Assembly: GCA_051362555.1 (NCBI GenBank)
Contig: CM120641.1
Location: 2,356,001 to 2,420,000 of the forward strand
Source: Lingula anatina
Taxonomy: Eukaryota > Animalia > Brachiopoda
Length of the DNA stretch: 64,000 bases
Direction: 5' to 3'
Each line of letters starts with the position of its first letter. The first letter of the stretch is position 1. Shown one piece after another: positions 35,604 through 47,525 of the stretch. The position numbers were made by a program, and so were the translations under genes. The notes under the pieces are model-generated. The model saw only the letters and a list, made by a program, of their open reading frames with translations. It searched no databases and was not told the DNA's origin.

Positions 35604-37561
35604 GAGGATGGGTTTCTAAAACGATAGTTTTAGGTTTATTGTTTTTGATTTTAACTCCAGGGATAAAAGGGGAGTTACAGAAGCTACCTGATGGTGTCCT
35701 AGTGACCCAGAGGCAGCCATTGAGGGTAACGAAAGCCGTATGGACGGTATTGGTAACCATAGATAAACCTCGGGTAATGAGGGAGGAGATTATGGATCGG
35801 TTCGGCAGCATTGAAGCCGAGTTGCGTAGAGCACGAAGGGGGGAGTATATCACCCCAGAGGACAGGGAACAGTGGCGACAGAGGATAACTAATAGCCTTA
35901 ACCTTTTCTACGAGTTAGAGGACTCTCAAGCGGCCGTACCAGCTCTGGCCAGGGCGGGTTCGGTCGGTCCGGGCGAAGGGCGTCATTCGTCTCGGACAAA
36001 AAGAGGGTTGTTTGACTTTGTGGGATCGGCGGCTAGTTTCCTTTTTGGCATCAGCACGGACAAAAGTGTTGACCAATGTCGTAAGTTAGTTCAACAGACA
36101 AGACAGGAAGGACGCCAAATAGCCCATCGGGTGGGTATGTTGGCGACGGTAGTAAATAAAACAATCAATACATTAAACACAAACATACAACACCTTAACT
36201 CGGTGCAACATTACTTAAGAGAAAGCGTAGCTAATCGTATCAACAGTCTCATCCAGGGATTAAATACAACGCAGAAGAACTTGACCAAGTTATTGGTGGC
36301 GTTCAATATTGAAAGAGCGGTAAGTAATTTTGAGAAATATATAGATCATCAGCGGGAAATCTCGGAAAGATTTCATCGACAAAAGATGTCCCTGGAATTA
36401 GGTAGGTTGACGGAACTATTATTGCCACCAAGGAAACTCAGGGAAATTCTATTAACGGCAACTTCCGGTAAGGAATTGAGATTTATTAATGATTTATTTT
36501 GGTATTACCGTTTTCTCACTGTTTCACCCATTCATGATGTTGACACATTAATTTACAGGGTTAACATACCATTGACACACAGTGCTCAATTTTGGCTTCA
36601 CAACATCCTCACTTTTCCGGTGCCCTATAATTCAAGCGGGCTGTCAGCACATGTTCAATTACCTTACGAAATGGTAGGCCTTAACCCCAAAACAGGTCAA
36701 ATATTTTTTCCCGATTCTTGCATAGGTGAAAATCCAGTCATTTGTGCGTCGGGTCCCTTTTATAAAACGGGTTTAAAATGTGAGCGCGCAATCATAACGG
36801 GAGACGTAAAACATAGGGAAGCGTGTAACATTAAAATATCTAAGAAATTAAATAAAGGAAAAGCAACAGAAATTAATCCCGGTCATTTTGTGATAATAAG
36901 TTGGGGCGAAACGTTATACACAAGGTGTGATAATTCGGAAGAACATTCCTTAAAAATCGACGCGGGTACTTACTTGATTAATGTCGATAACGGTTGCGAA
37001 ATACAAGGGAATGATTACACATTACCGGGCATAATTCATCAAATCGGTAAGGTCGAAATTCGCCCTATTTCTATAAACATGACTAAAAGGTTAAATTTGA
37101 AAGACATCATAGCGGAACAAGACGCCATCAAACTGCTTAAATCATTTGATTTAAAGGATATGGCGCTTGAATCTACTGTCCCATTGCAGAAGGTTTTGTG
37201 GGAAAGGGAAGACCCCTGGACAAAATGGGTACCCGATCAAGATAATATTTGGGGCTACCTAGGCACGTTTGCTTTGGTTTTTCTGGTACTGGGGTTATTA
37301 GCGTTCCTCACAAAACGATATTGGCTAATGAAATGTAAACATAGTATTTTTCAGAGAAAGCGGAGAACGGACGAGGCTAAACTGCAGACGATAGATGAAA
37401 CCAGCCAGGAAGCAACTGCGAGTCAGTTGACCGTAGTGCAGCCTAGCGCACCTCCGTTGGCTGAAGATGTTGTGTCACTGCAGACTGCAACGGGGAAACC
37501 CTTTCGCGCCTTGTACTCCAGAGATCCACTGGGGGTTTTAAAATATAATGATATTGAATAA
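35459..37561 (+). CDS. env: Envelope glycoprotein, class I fusion protein of baculovirus F / errantivirus type (true start probably spliced in near 35598)
   Basis: Signal-like IVLGLLFLILTPGIKG; furin site RTKR (35993-36004) followed by fusion peptide GLFDFVGSAASFLFG; heptad region; Cys-rich region; N-glycosylation sequons; TM GYLGTFALVFLVLGLLAFLT; basic cytoplasmic tail. Confidence 0.9.
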   Translation: MSSGDGTGRRAVVAGGRGRNRGSPASQNVKDNRQWVGGAYGSRLHTEIRGWVSKTIVLGLLFLILTPGIKGELQKLPDGVLVTQRQPLRVTKAVWTVLVTIDKPRVMREEIMDRFGSIEAELRRARRGEYITPEDREQWRQRITNSLNLFYELEDSQAAVPALARAGSVGPGEGRHSSRTKRGLFDFVGSAASFLFGISTDKSVDQCRKLVQQTRQEGRQIAHRVGMLATVVNKTINTLNTNIQHLNSVQHYLRESVANRINSLIQGLNTTQKNLTKLLVAFNIERAVSNFEKYIDHQREISERFHRQKMSLELGRLTELLLPPRKLREILLTATSGKELRFINDLFWYYRFLTVSPIHDVDTLIYRVNIPLTHSAQFWLHNILTFPVPYNSSGLSAHVQLPYEMVGLNPKTGQIFFPDSCIGENPVICASGPFYKTGLKCERAIITGDVKHREACNIKISKKLNKGKATEINPGHFVIISWGETLYTRCDNSEEHSLKIDAGTYLINVDNGCEIQGNDYTLPGIIHQIGKVEIRPISINMTKRLNLKDIIAEQDAIKLLKSFDLKDMALESTVPLQKVLWEREDPWTKWVPDQDNIWGYLGTFALVFLVLGLLAFLTKRYWLMKCKHSIFQRKRRTDEAKLQTIDETSQEATASQLTVVQPSAPPLAEDVVSLQTATGKPFRALYSRDPLGVLKYNDIE

Positions 37562-38012
37562 TTTCTTTTCATTTGTAAAGTAATTTTTTCTTTACATGGC
37601 GAGCTCGTAATTAGATTCATTAATATTAAATCATGTAAAAGGGGGTTTAGGGTATATCTAGCAAGAGCGGGTATACCCACCCCGCAGTTTGTCACGTAAA
37701 ATTATGAACTATCACGAATTACTTGTGGGGTAGATAACCTGATTGGTGTAATTGACGCGAACAAATTTTTTTTTCTCTTTTTCCGTTACGAATTGCAGGG
37801 CCCAGCGACAGAGCGATTCCGGTACACGACGCTAACGACTTTCTTTTTTATTTCCGTTAGAAATTGCAGCAACTACACAAAAGGATGACATATGCCGGCT
37901 TCCAATAATTGCTTTCCATTAAACCTTCATTACTTTCATGAAATTCACCATGCAATGTTTTGAGTGTACTTTTAGTGCGCAAGGAAATTCCCATTTCCAC
38001 AGACCAACCACC

Positions 38013-38225
38013 ATGTTTGGACAGATTTTAATTCGGGGGCTACGATGTGACAACGCCAGAGTGTGTGAATTGGTGTCGTCTGTGACCTACGCTGCACTCC
38101 GACGGTCTTCATCCCAGCTGCAAGTCTCTATTATCATCAGTACTCCGAGCGTCATGGTGGGCTACGATTCGTCTGTGTTCGGCTGGACGTCGTCATTTCG
38201 CATTGGCTACGCGCAATATATATAG
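38013..38225 (+). CDS. Candidate 70-aa accessory sORF between env and the 3' LTR
   Basis: Acceptor-like ttcccatttccacAG (38001-38002) followed by ACCAACCACC-ATG, a strong -3A context, in a GC/CpG-richer patch. No recognisable domain. Confidence 0.3.
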   Translation: MFGQILIRGLRCDNARVCELVSSVTYAALRRSSSQLQVSIIISTPSVMVGYDSSVFGWTSSFRIGYAQYI

Positions 38226-38858
38226 ACTCTGATTATAACAAAAGACTCATATTCTAGAAGGAATGAATTGTTAAAAGCAAATGGTCGAGAGACAACTCGA
38301 TAATTTTTTGTGCTGTCTGAGCATTGGATAAACCTATGTCCCTCTTCCTAAAATGAAAAAAAAAAAAAATTAGGGAGAGGCTGGCGCAGCCGGCTCTCAG
38401 CACCGTTTTACATTTGCTCCACGAGGTTGCTTGCTCTTACTCATTATAATTATAGAAGTATTGAACATCCTTAAACCATATAGCGTACCTATGAACATGA
38501 TGCGGACGACGTCATCATCACTATAAACTGGGAATCTTTCAATGCATTTACCTTTTGGCGATAATGCTTATGTTTAAAAATATTGAAGTTTGCACTGTAT
38601 ATATGTTTACGGAGTTGATAACATTTCTATTGTAATACCTATCTCTCAATGTATAATATTTTAGACTGTTCTTTATATTGTTACTTAACTATACCTATTC
38701 TGGTGTAAATATTTCATTCTGGTGTAAATATTTCATGGCACATAATTTCAACACACTGCTTACATTATTATTAAAACTTAAGGTACATAATATAACCCAT
38801 TTAATGCAGTACATATTAAGAAAGAAAAATGTCATAAATATTCTATTTTTCTTTGTTT

Positions 38859-38872
38859 GGGAAAGGGAGGAA
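38859..38872 (+). promoter_or_regulatory. Polypurine tract
   Basis: GGGAAAGGGAGGAA ending 2 nt before the 3' LTR. Confidence 0.85.
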
Positions 38873-38874
38873 TA

Positions 38875-39296
38875 TGTCGGAGACATTTAATAATTCATGG
38901 ACGATGTCTATAATTTCAAGTCATAACTTTTATTATTCTCCATAATACATTGTGTCAATTTTGAAGAGGCTGAGTAAGGCTTGTGTACCTGTCGCATTAA
39001 GAAGCCAGTGATAAGAAGTGCATGAAGCCATTGGCTGGAGTATGTACTAAAAGTGTGTAATATTGAATAGAGAATCAGAATGTACCTGAGCAGGCAACGA
39101 GTTCACATTAAACGATTGAAACTGGTCATTTTTGTCAGTGTGGATTTCCTCTGTAGCGTCTAGACGTAAAGATTTCGACCGCGAATCTGGAAGGCTATAT
39201 ACTAAAGCGTTATCCTAACTAAGATATCCAACGGTGTCCGCATTTCGAGCTCAAGTCTAAATTACGTTTATATCTAAAATTGCGTGGTTCCGGACA
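38875..39296 (+). repeat. 3' LTR
   Basis: Identical by eye to 30472-30893 and followed by the TSD ATAT. Confidence 0.97.
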
Positions 39297-41573
39297 ATAT
39301 GGCAGAAGGGTTTTTGAAGGAAATGGGTAAGGGGGGAGGAGGGTAGAAAAGTGACTCTCTTATCTAAAAGAAACCAGGGCCAGATTGATATTTTTTTGCC
39401 TACCACATGGCAGGGAACAATATCCTTACGACACTTTAAAAGACTGCCGGGTAAACTCATGCCAGTTACTCATTTTTGTTTCCAATCTTATATGCCAAGA
39501 TTGGGTCACAATTATGCAATTTGGCATGAAATTGTACCAAGGCCCTACACAATCAGGATTGGTGTGACATGCCATGTCATCTTATACCATGTTATCACGT
39601 GTAGCAATGTTCCTACTTACCTCAGTTGATGTGTTACACATGGAGGGATTAGTTTTCGATTAGTTTTAGATAGCTCCCGAACAGATTTGTTTTCATTTAA
39701 AGGGATGTTTACGTTTCAGTTTCCACTCAGACTGGTGCAGAATAGGCAGCATTTGCCATACCATGTGAAGCTTACCTCCCCCCCCCACCCCCTACCCCCC
39801 CCCCAAAAAAAAAAAAGAAGGGGTGGGTGGAAGGGGGGGTTTGAAGGCACTTTTGACATATTTGACATATGACATATTTGACTCTTATATATTATGACTT
39901 TTATATACTTAATCATAATACTGAATAAGATTAGGGGGTAGAGCATGAACAAAAGTGGGTAAGGGGGGTGATAGAAGCAGAAGGTAAGGAAGAGGTAAAA
40001 GTTCATTCAGTATACTAGTTTTGTTTCATATTAGATAAGGAAATAATTAGAACAGAAATTGATGTTGATGTTTCCCATTTTCATTAAAGAAACAAGTCTG
40101 GCATGATTCAACTGTTGATGTTTGCATAGCTCACCCCCTGCCAAAAAAGGCTTAGTCAGTCTGCATCACTTTGGGCAGGTAATAGAGGCTGGTGTTTTTG
40201 CAGTTACCCGCATATTACTTCAGCAGGAGAGAAGACATTTTTCAGAAAGTGAGTGTTTTATGTTGTTTGTTATTATGTAATTAGCAGTGATGATATACTG
40301 GTACTACTCATACTAGGTAGATATGATCAGTAACTGAGCAACCCATCTTGCAATATGAAATCTTGATTGAAAGCAAACAGACCTGTGTTTGCTCTAGATC
40401 TGGTTACTTCATGTTCAAAAAGTGAAAAGCAAAAAAGGTTTGCAGTATTTATAGCATGGCGTGGTTCTCATTCTATTTCAGTACCTTTATCTTAATTTGA
40501 AGCTTTTCTGAGAGAGGAGTTTGAGTGTAGTATGATAAAAGAAGGTTGATACCTGTTCAAGCGCAGTTTTCAAAATATTGTGGATAAAAGAGGTACAGAT
40601 CCCTTATTTTCATATTTACAGTTTCAGAACTGTTGCCCGAGGTTATAATTTTCTGCTAGTTTGTTTTCTATCTCAGATCTGTTAGTTAGGTAATGTGTTC
40701 TTGCTCTTCCATGCACTGAGGGGTGGAGGGGGACAGAGGGGGATACCCTAGTGGGCAGAGGGGGATACCCTAGTTTGTTATAAATTGTATTGCAATTTAT
40801 TACAATAATACATCCCTGATATTTTTTTCCTCAGGTTCAGTAACCAGCTGCTCTCATTTTACAGGATTCCCACTGAAATTTGTAAATTTTGATACAGAGA
40901 ATGTCTGGGAAAGAATGCTGTGGTTGCTTTCGTTTTGTTAGCTGATGACAGATGATTGATATTCATGGATGACATAGATTTCTTCACACTTACAAAGCAA
41001 ATAAACAGGATAGAAATTCAATTAAAATATGTTCTGTTTTATATTTTACTTATATTAATATTATGTAGAATATAACTTGTAAACTGGGCAGAAACGATCT
41101 GATCTTTTTTTCAGATACCAAATTTCTTAGCCTTTCAGACTGGCTTTATCCCATGACTAAAACTGTATTGAGCCATAAGGCTTGTTTACATTGGAGATGG
41201 GTCCACTTAACTTAGTACATCAACTTGCTGCCTGATTACATTCCAAACCTTTAAAAGGTAATCTAATCTATCAATTACAGTAGTGGATGGGGGTGGGGCA
41301 AAAGCGGGATTAGATTGGCCTCTTTTGATTACAGTGTAATCCTTTGGAAGTGCACTGTCTGAGCTGTTCCTTCTCTCTAAATTTTTCTTAGGCTTCTGAG
41401 CAGAGAGGTACAGGTGTGTCCAAAAATGGTCTTTTGGTCAGAAAAAATCTAGTCTGAATCAACTTTTGATCTGCTCCTAGTACCTGTAACTTCTCTGCCA
41501 TTTCTCAAGTTAAGCCAACTAATTCTGAAAAAGTTTAACCTTTTCTGAAAAAAATCCTTTTAAAATTGAAGCA

Positions 41574-41863
41574 TGGTTACAGGCCTGGGCCTAACTCAAC
41601 TGTAAGGGAGCATTCCCAAAGACTATTGAAATTGTTGCGTCTGTCCAACTTTTACTAAGTACAATTGATTTAATTGAATGACATGCCTCCTTGAGCAGCT
41701 AGGGGATAATTGAATCAGGGTAAATTACCCCCTAGCTGAGGCATGTCACTCAATTAAGCTGATTCCATTGATTGCAATTACCAAGAATCCCTCTGCGGAG
41801 TTGGACCAACCCAGCTAGCACAATAGGTGTATGGGAATGGGGTATAAGATGCCTCTGTAGCCA
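41574..41863. repeat. Old degenerate palindromic element (MITE-like)
   Basis: Nested inverted matches: CATTCCCAAAGACTATTG / CAATAGGTGTATGGGAATG, GTCCAACT / AGTTGGAC, and a central ~35-bp stem at 41670-41757. Confidence 0.55.
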
Positions 41864-44800
41864 GATAACTGAAGGTTTTTTACTAAAAAACAGGAAGAAA
41901 TTGGATTGAGATATTGAATGACCATAAGGTGATCAGATATGATCCATAATGTTCTTCACCTTATTTGTCTTCAATGGTACGACATATGATTATGTCTAAA
42001 GTCTCGGAAATCAACATCCATCAAGGCTGCATCTGACATTTATTAGGGTTATAGCTACACCTTGTGGTCTGTTTATGACAAAACTTGTTCACTCTGAGAA
42101 GTGTCTGCCCAGTGCAATAAGATGAAAGATAACAGATGGTGATCATGCTGTGAGCGTGGCATTTTCAGGGTGATTTGTTCTGATTCTTAATTTCATAAAC
42201 TAGCTATATATAAGATCGAATTAAAAATGTTATACATTGAGTTTTGTTCACGAAAAAAGTCAACTCCTTTAAATGAGAGTTTACAAAAAAATTCCACCCC
42301 TATCCTAGACTTATTTTATTATGTTATTATCATATTTTAATGAATGTTAAAATAATAGTAAAATAAAATAAAAAAGTAATTGAACCTTCAAAGGGAAGAT
42401 ATTATAATATAATATGTCTGATAATGTTTATTTTGAAAAAAAACTTCTAAATATTGGATGTGGCATAGAACCTGCCCAGTGCAGTGGGTGTCACCTGTTT
42501 GTTTCTAGGTTTTCAATAAAGTGTCTTCACAGTTAAAACTTTTGAACCCAGGCTGGTTTCATGTCTTTGCTCTAGGAGTTTTTATGTTTCAGCTGCTGTG
42601 GGGGACTGGTGATTCTGCTGCAGTTAATGTCACCAATATCTAAATACCTCATTCTTCAAATTCTCACACAAGGGGACTTGTACCAGTAAGGTATAGATAA
42701 ACAATCCATTTTTGTTGAAAAAAAAGTTGAAAAGAACCAGGGGGTGTATTGCTGGGTGGCAACATCTCACTGAACTCATGGTTACTTAGTATCAACAAAA
42801 ATGGTGTCTGTTTAGATAAGTTTTAAGGCTTATGAACTGGTACAAAACAATTTGGCCATACTTTTTAGACACCAGCTGTATGTGTTTTGATTTTTTAGAG
42901 CCCTGATCCTGTGAATATTAGATACATAAAGAAAATCCTAGAATTTACCAAGAATAAAAACAGCACATAGCTGGTTTTATTATTTTTTTTAATCTTAAAC
43001 TAAAACTAACACTTAAGCTTAAAGCAGTAGATGTCAGTGGTCCCTGGGTTGCCCTCAGGGGATATGGGGGGTAACGATGACCTGGGTATTAAACACCTCA
43101 TCCATGAGTATGCTATTATCAGGGGGAGGAGGTAAAAATTTCAGGTTGGTTGCAGGTATTGTTAGTTTTGTCAGCTACGTGATGGCTATGGGAAAATGAA
43201 GGTGTTAATGTGGGCCTTGGTGTACAGTAATAGCAACACTGGTGTTGGTGTAGTTAGTAGTTAGCAGTTATGTTCTCTGACCTCTCCCAAATCAGCATTA
43301 TGGAGTGCACACCTTAGTGTTGCACAGGTGTTGTGGTCTTCAAATGAATGCCCAGTGTCCAGGTAAAATGACCGCCTGTTTACTGAATGTAGACATATGG
43401 GAAAGATGTTAAAGTTTGTCTCTTTAAGGGTAAGTCTTTTTATCTATAATATTTTTGTCTCTTTGATAAAAAGGTCCATATTGTCCCTGGAGGTATGTGT
43501 TAGAAATAGTTTTGTAAGGAAGGTGGGGTTGTCAATTTTGATTAGTATGAGTACTAATAATAAGTTACAATGATGGCAGGTTCTCAAATCTAATGGAAGA
43601 GAAATGAAATTAAGTACAAGGAAAATTTTTTTTTATTGGCACTGTTGAATTTTAGTATGATCTTAAAGTATGCAATGGGATTCATCCTAAATATAAATGA
43701 GAGTGTAGCATTCCAAGCTGGTCAGAAGAATTTATTTTCTGAAGGAATCTTTTTTTTCATCAACAGTATTGTCAACAGAATGATTTTAACCACAGAGATA
43801 TTCAGAAAATAACTTTCCTGAATTCTTTTAAGTCCCAAGACTATCTCAGTTCCTATTACCAGTACCCCTGTATAATTTTACCAAATCAGTGATGGAGAGA
43901 GTAATTGCCAGGTAGAGGAAAGTCAACATCAGTACTCAGAAACTCAGCGTGGTTGGCCAGTGAGTGACCCCACTGAATGCTTACACAGCAAATGACGGAA
44001 CTGAAACATGTTTGAAAGCCCATGCTGAGCTGTACTTACATTAGGTAGTAGAACATGATCGATTTGCACAGAAACTTCTTGCATCAATACTTTACTCTAC
44101 TTAGGATGCAGGTGGAATATGGGAGTGCATTAAACAGATTGGTGCTAGGGGATGGTAATATAGTCAACTTTACATTCTTTTAATGGTGAAGAGTTTCATT
44201 AGAACTTGCTATGTAATTTCTGAATTGCGCCCAAGAATTCTGATTACATCTTGGATTACTGACTTGTTTCATAACTTTTAATCTTTCCAACTCCCATCTG
44301 TGGAGGTAGTTTTGACATTTCATAGTCTCATCTTTCTTTCAATTAAATGTGTGAGAAGCAAGTTATTTTTAGTGAGGAAAGGAGATGGGATCTGCACCAA
44401 AAGAAAGTGTCATCAGGGCTTGTGAGAACATATGCACCAAATTTTCCTTTTTTTTTCTTTAAATGTAAATGATAAATCCTTTCCTTTCTTTTCCTTTCTG
44501 TCACCATGTCACCCTGGTATAATGACATCTCTACGGATGTTTATCAACTTCCAACATTTACATGTAATTTTCAAAAATCATCTGAAACTCTGTGTGACAG
44601 TATCTCTTAAGTCTTTAGAAGAATTCTACATTCCTCTCCCAATGACATGTGGCAATGGTAAGTGTTATCAGGCAGATGATTATAGCTCCACCTTCTGTGG
44701 TTACAGTTTGGTCCCTGTTGTCATGCCTTTATGTCTAACATGCTGTCACTGTGGATTAAGGATTTCTGCACTAAAATGGCTTACTATGAGAAAATGATGA

Positions 44801-45990
44801 AAAAAAAAAAGACTTCTGATATAAGACATTGTAAAGTGGAGGGTTTGTTTTTCTGAGTTTTTGCACCGAGCTAGTAAGAAGCTCTTGTGAAATTTTAAGC
44901 ATTCCAAAACAAGCTTTACACAAAAACATTATTAAGCAATTACTTCACAAATTAAAAGAACAAATGAATAGAGGGGGGGATAGTTGTAATTCCTATCAAA
45001 AATACTTAAAATTTTCTCCTTTTTCAAACACATGATATTGCATCAAGCAAAGCAATGACTACAGACATGGCCATTTTGATAACCAGTCTATGATAACAAT
45101 CAGACATACTCTATCTGACAGACACAGAAAAAAAATGTGTTGAAAGTAAAATTGTTTCTTATTTTTCTTTTAATTTGTGCATTTGGTAGAGAAAACCATT
45201 TCAGCAGCAGGCCACAGCTGTTTGCTTGCAAGATGGCCACAAACACTGAAGTTTTCTCTGCTGCAACCTGCAGGATTCCTACAACTCATTGCCAGACCAG
45301 CGAAAGTAAAAACAAACCACAGATAAGATTAAGTCAAAAAAGTTTATATTGTTTAAGTTTCAGTTGACAAATGAAATACGATATCCTGCATCTGCCGCTT
45401 TTTAGTACCATCACCATGGAAACACTTTATCTTTGGGGAGTATGCTGGCAAGAGGGGTATGTGCGTGTGTGTAACTCTCCTGTTGATTGGCTCCAGATTG
45501 CATAAACTGCCTTGTTTGTGTGGCCTGGCAGTTGTGTTTGGATGGTGGAAGGGAGCAATATTGTTCTAAATTGGCCCAGGCGCTGCTCAGAACACAGCAG
45601 TTGGCGGTGCTGACCCGTTGGTGAAGGCCTTTGCTCATCCTATTGTTTAGAAAGTTGTCAAGGTCCAAGGGAGCTTGGTGTATACATATATTTCATACCC
45701 CTGTGATTGACTACCTCAACTCCTGTGTGGTTTTGATGGTTTTATGGACAGAAAAGAATGCCAAGTTTGTCTGACATAGCACTGCAAGAATGCCCAGTCA
45801 GTCGGCACCCATGCTGCTGCTGCTGCCAGTGAAATTTAAAACAGCATACCCTCTCTCCCTCTGGACTATCTGTTGCTGTCAGTTCCACCTGAGCATGATG
45901 GGATCAGTAACCATGGTATCAGTAGCGAGAGGAGGGATGTAAGCACTGCCTCTTGGTTCTTGTACTGTTGTTGTAACAGTACTCTGGCAA

Positions 45991-47494
45991 ATGGGTAATC
46001 AAGGCGGTAAACCTGAGGATTCTAGACTTCAAAAACCAGCTTCAAAGGCATCAGTTCACAGACGGGTAAGTGGAGCTGTGTCTCACCTGGCCACCCTATA
46101 ATTTTCCAGTCCAGTTGTAGTGATTATAGCTCTTCCTTTCAAAATGAACCATAGCATTTACTGTACATGTATGTTTGTTCATGGATGCTGTCTTTGGTAA
46201 TATTGCTGATATGTAGAGGGTTATTTAGTTGTGCATGTATTCCTAGATGGGATCATTGGGTCTGGCTAAATGTCTTGAAAAGTTTGAGGAGTAATAATAA
46301 TTCTTAAAAGAGTCCATAAACTTAAAATATTTGAAATGCACCTAAGGTCTTCCAAGTTTATCATTAAGGTTTTATTGCTGAAACATGTTTTTTCCATTTA
46401 GTTTTGGCATGGGAGTCTAGCGAGTTTCCTTTTGTTTTCCGCAAATGGTTTGCTATATCTTTATAAAAAATGTGCTCAGAACTATGTCTTCAGAGTTCTG
46501 TTCTCAAGTGACTGTTTCCTGCTTATTAAGAATGATTTATATCATAAAATAATACAAAAAGAAGCAGTTGTACATTTTCAGGAAGGGTAGAGTACTGGTA
46601 ATGGGGCAGTAAATGTTAGGATTTCTTGGTGTGGCCACTACACAGTATATTTTAAAATCTATAATCTGCATTAAAATATGATTAAAAATTTTAAAACTAT
46701 GTAACTGAGGCACATGGTTTGTATTTTATGATGCAACAGAAGCATCAAGGGTTAAGATTAATAAGCTGGAATAGTTAAAGCCTAATCCTTATTGTCTTTA
46801 GTTAAAAAACAACTTAAGTATCAAGAAAATCTTGTCATTTGATGTCTTTCTGCTTTCAAACAAAGCAGTTTCAATTAAATGCCATGTCTTAAATGATTAC
46901 AAAGTTTTGAAAATCTAATTGTATTGGAAAAATTAACTCTTTCATCTGATATTGCATTTTTGACCAATTCACCATTTTGATGAGAACAAAAAACTGTCTG
47001 AATGCAGTTCTCAGATAGCACATCTTGTCTTAAAGTTACAAAGAACTTAAAATATATGCCAAAATGGCTATAAACCGTAACTTCAACACCTCTGACCTTT
47101 CTGTGTTATTAAGATAAGCACCGCTCACCTGTCATTACACATCTTCCTATATACTTTTCACACCATAAGGGCCAGTGCTGGAACCTCAGGTACATACTTT
47201 TCTACATTATTGAAGGGTGTAGACTTAGGTAGTTATTTTAAATCAAATGCCAAAAAAAGTAACTGATGGATGATTCATATTGGGAAAATCTTGGGTAAAA
47301 AATTTTGGGAGGCTCTGATAGTGCAGGTATTTTGGGTATTTATTTGTAGGTGATGATAGTATTTAGAATTGAAATATTTCTGGAAAATTGACCGAGGTTA
47401 TGCATGTTTATTTTTAGTGAAAATGATATATTTTAAGGGTTTTAGGATGAAAATAGGTTTTTGATGTAAGTATGGTAGGCTGGAGTGTGTGTGT

Positions 47495-47525
<31 letters not shown>

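Larger units (their letters stand above)
30472..39296 (+). mobile_element. Intact env-containing Ty3/gypsy LTR retroelement (errantivirus-like endogenous retrovirus)
   Basis: Two 422-bp TG...CA LTRs, identical by eye. 4-bp TSD ATAT (30468-30471, 39297-39300). PBS-like TGGCG at 30899, PPT at 38859-38872, and uninterrupted gag, pol (PR-RT-RH-IN order) and env. Confidence 0.97.

Noticed and set aside
41670-41757. Pre-miRNA-like hairpin
   Set aside because: It is the centre of a larger decayed palindrome (41574-41863), better explained as an old MITE.
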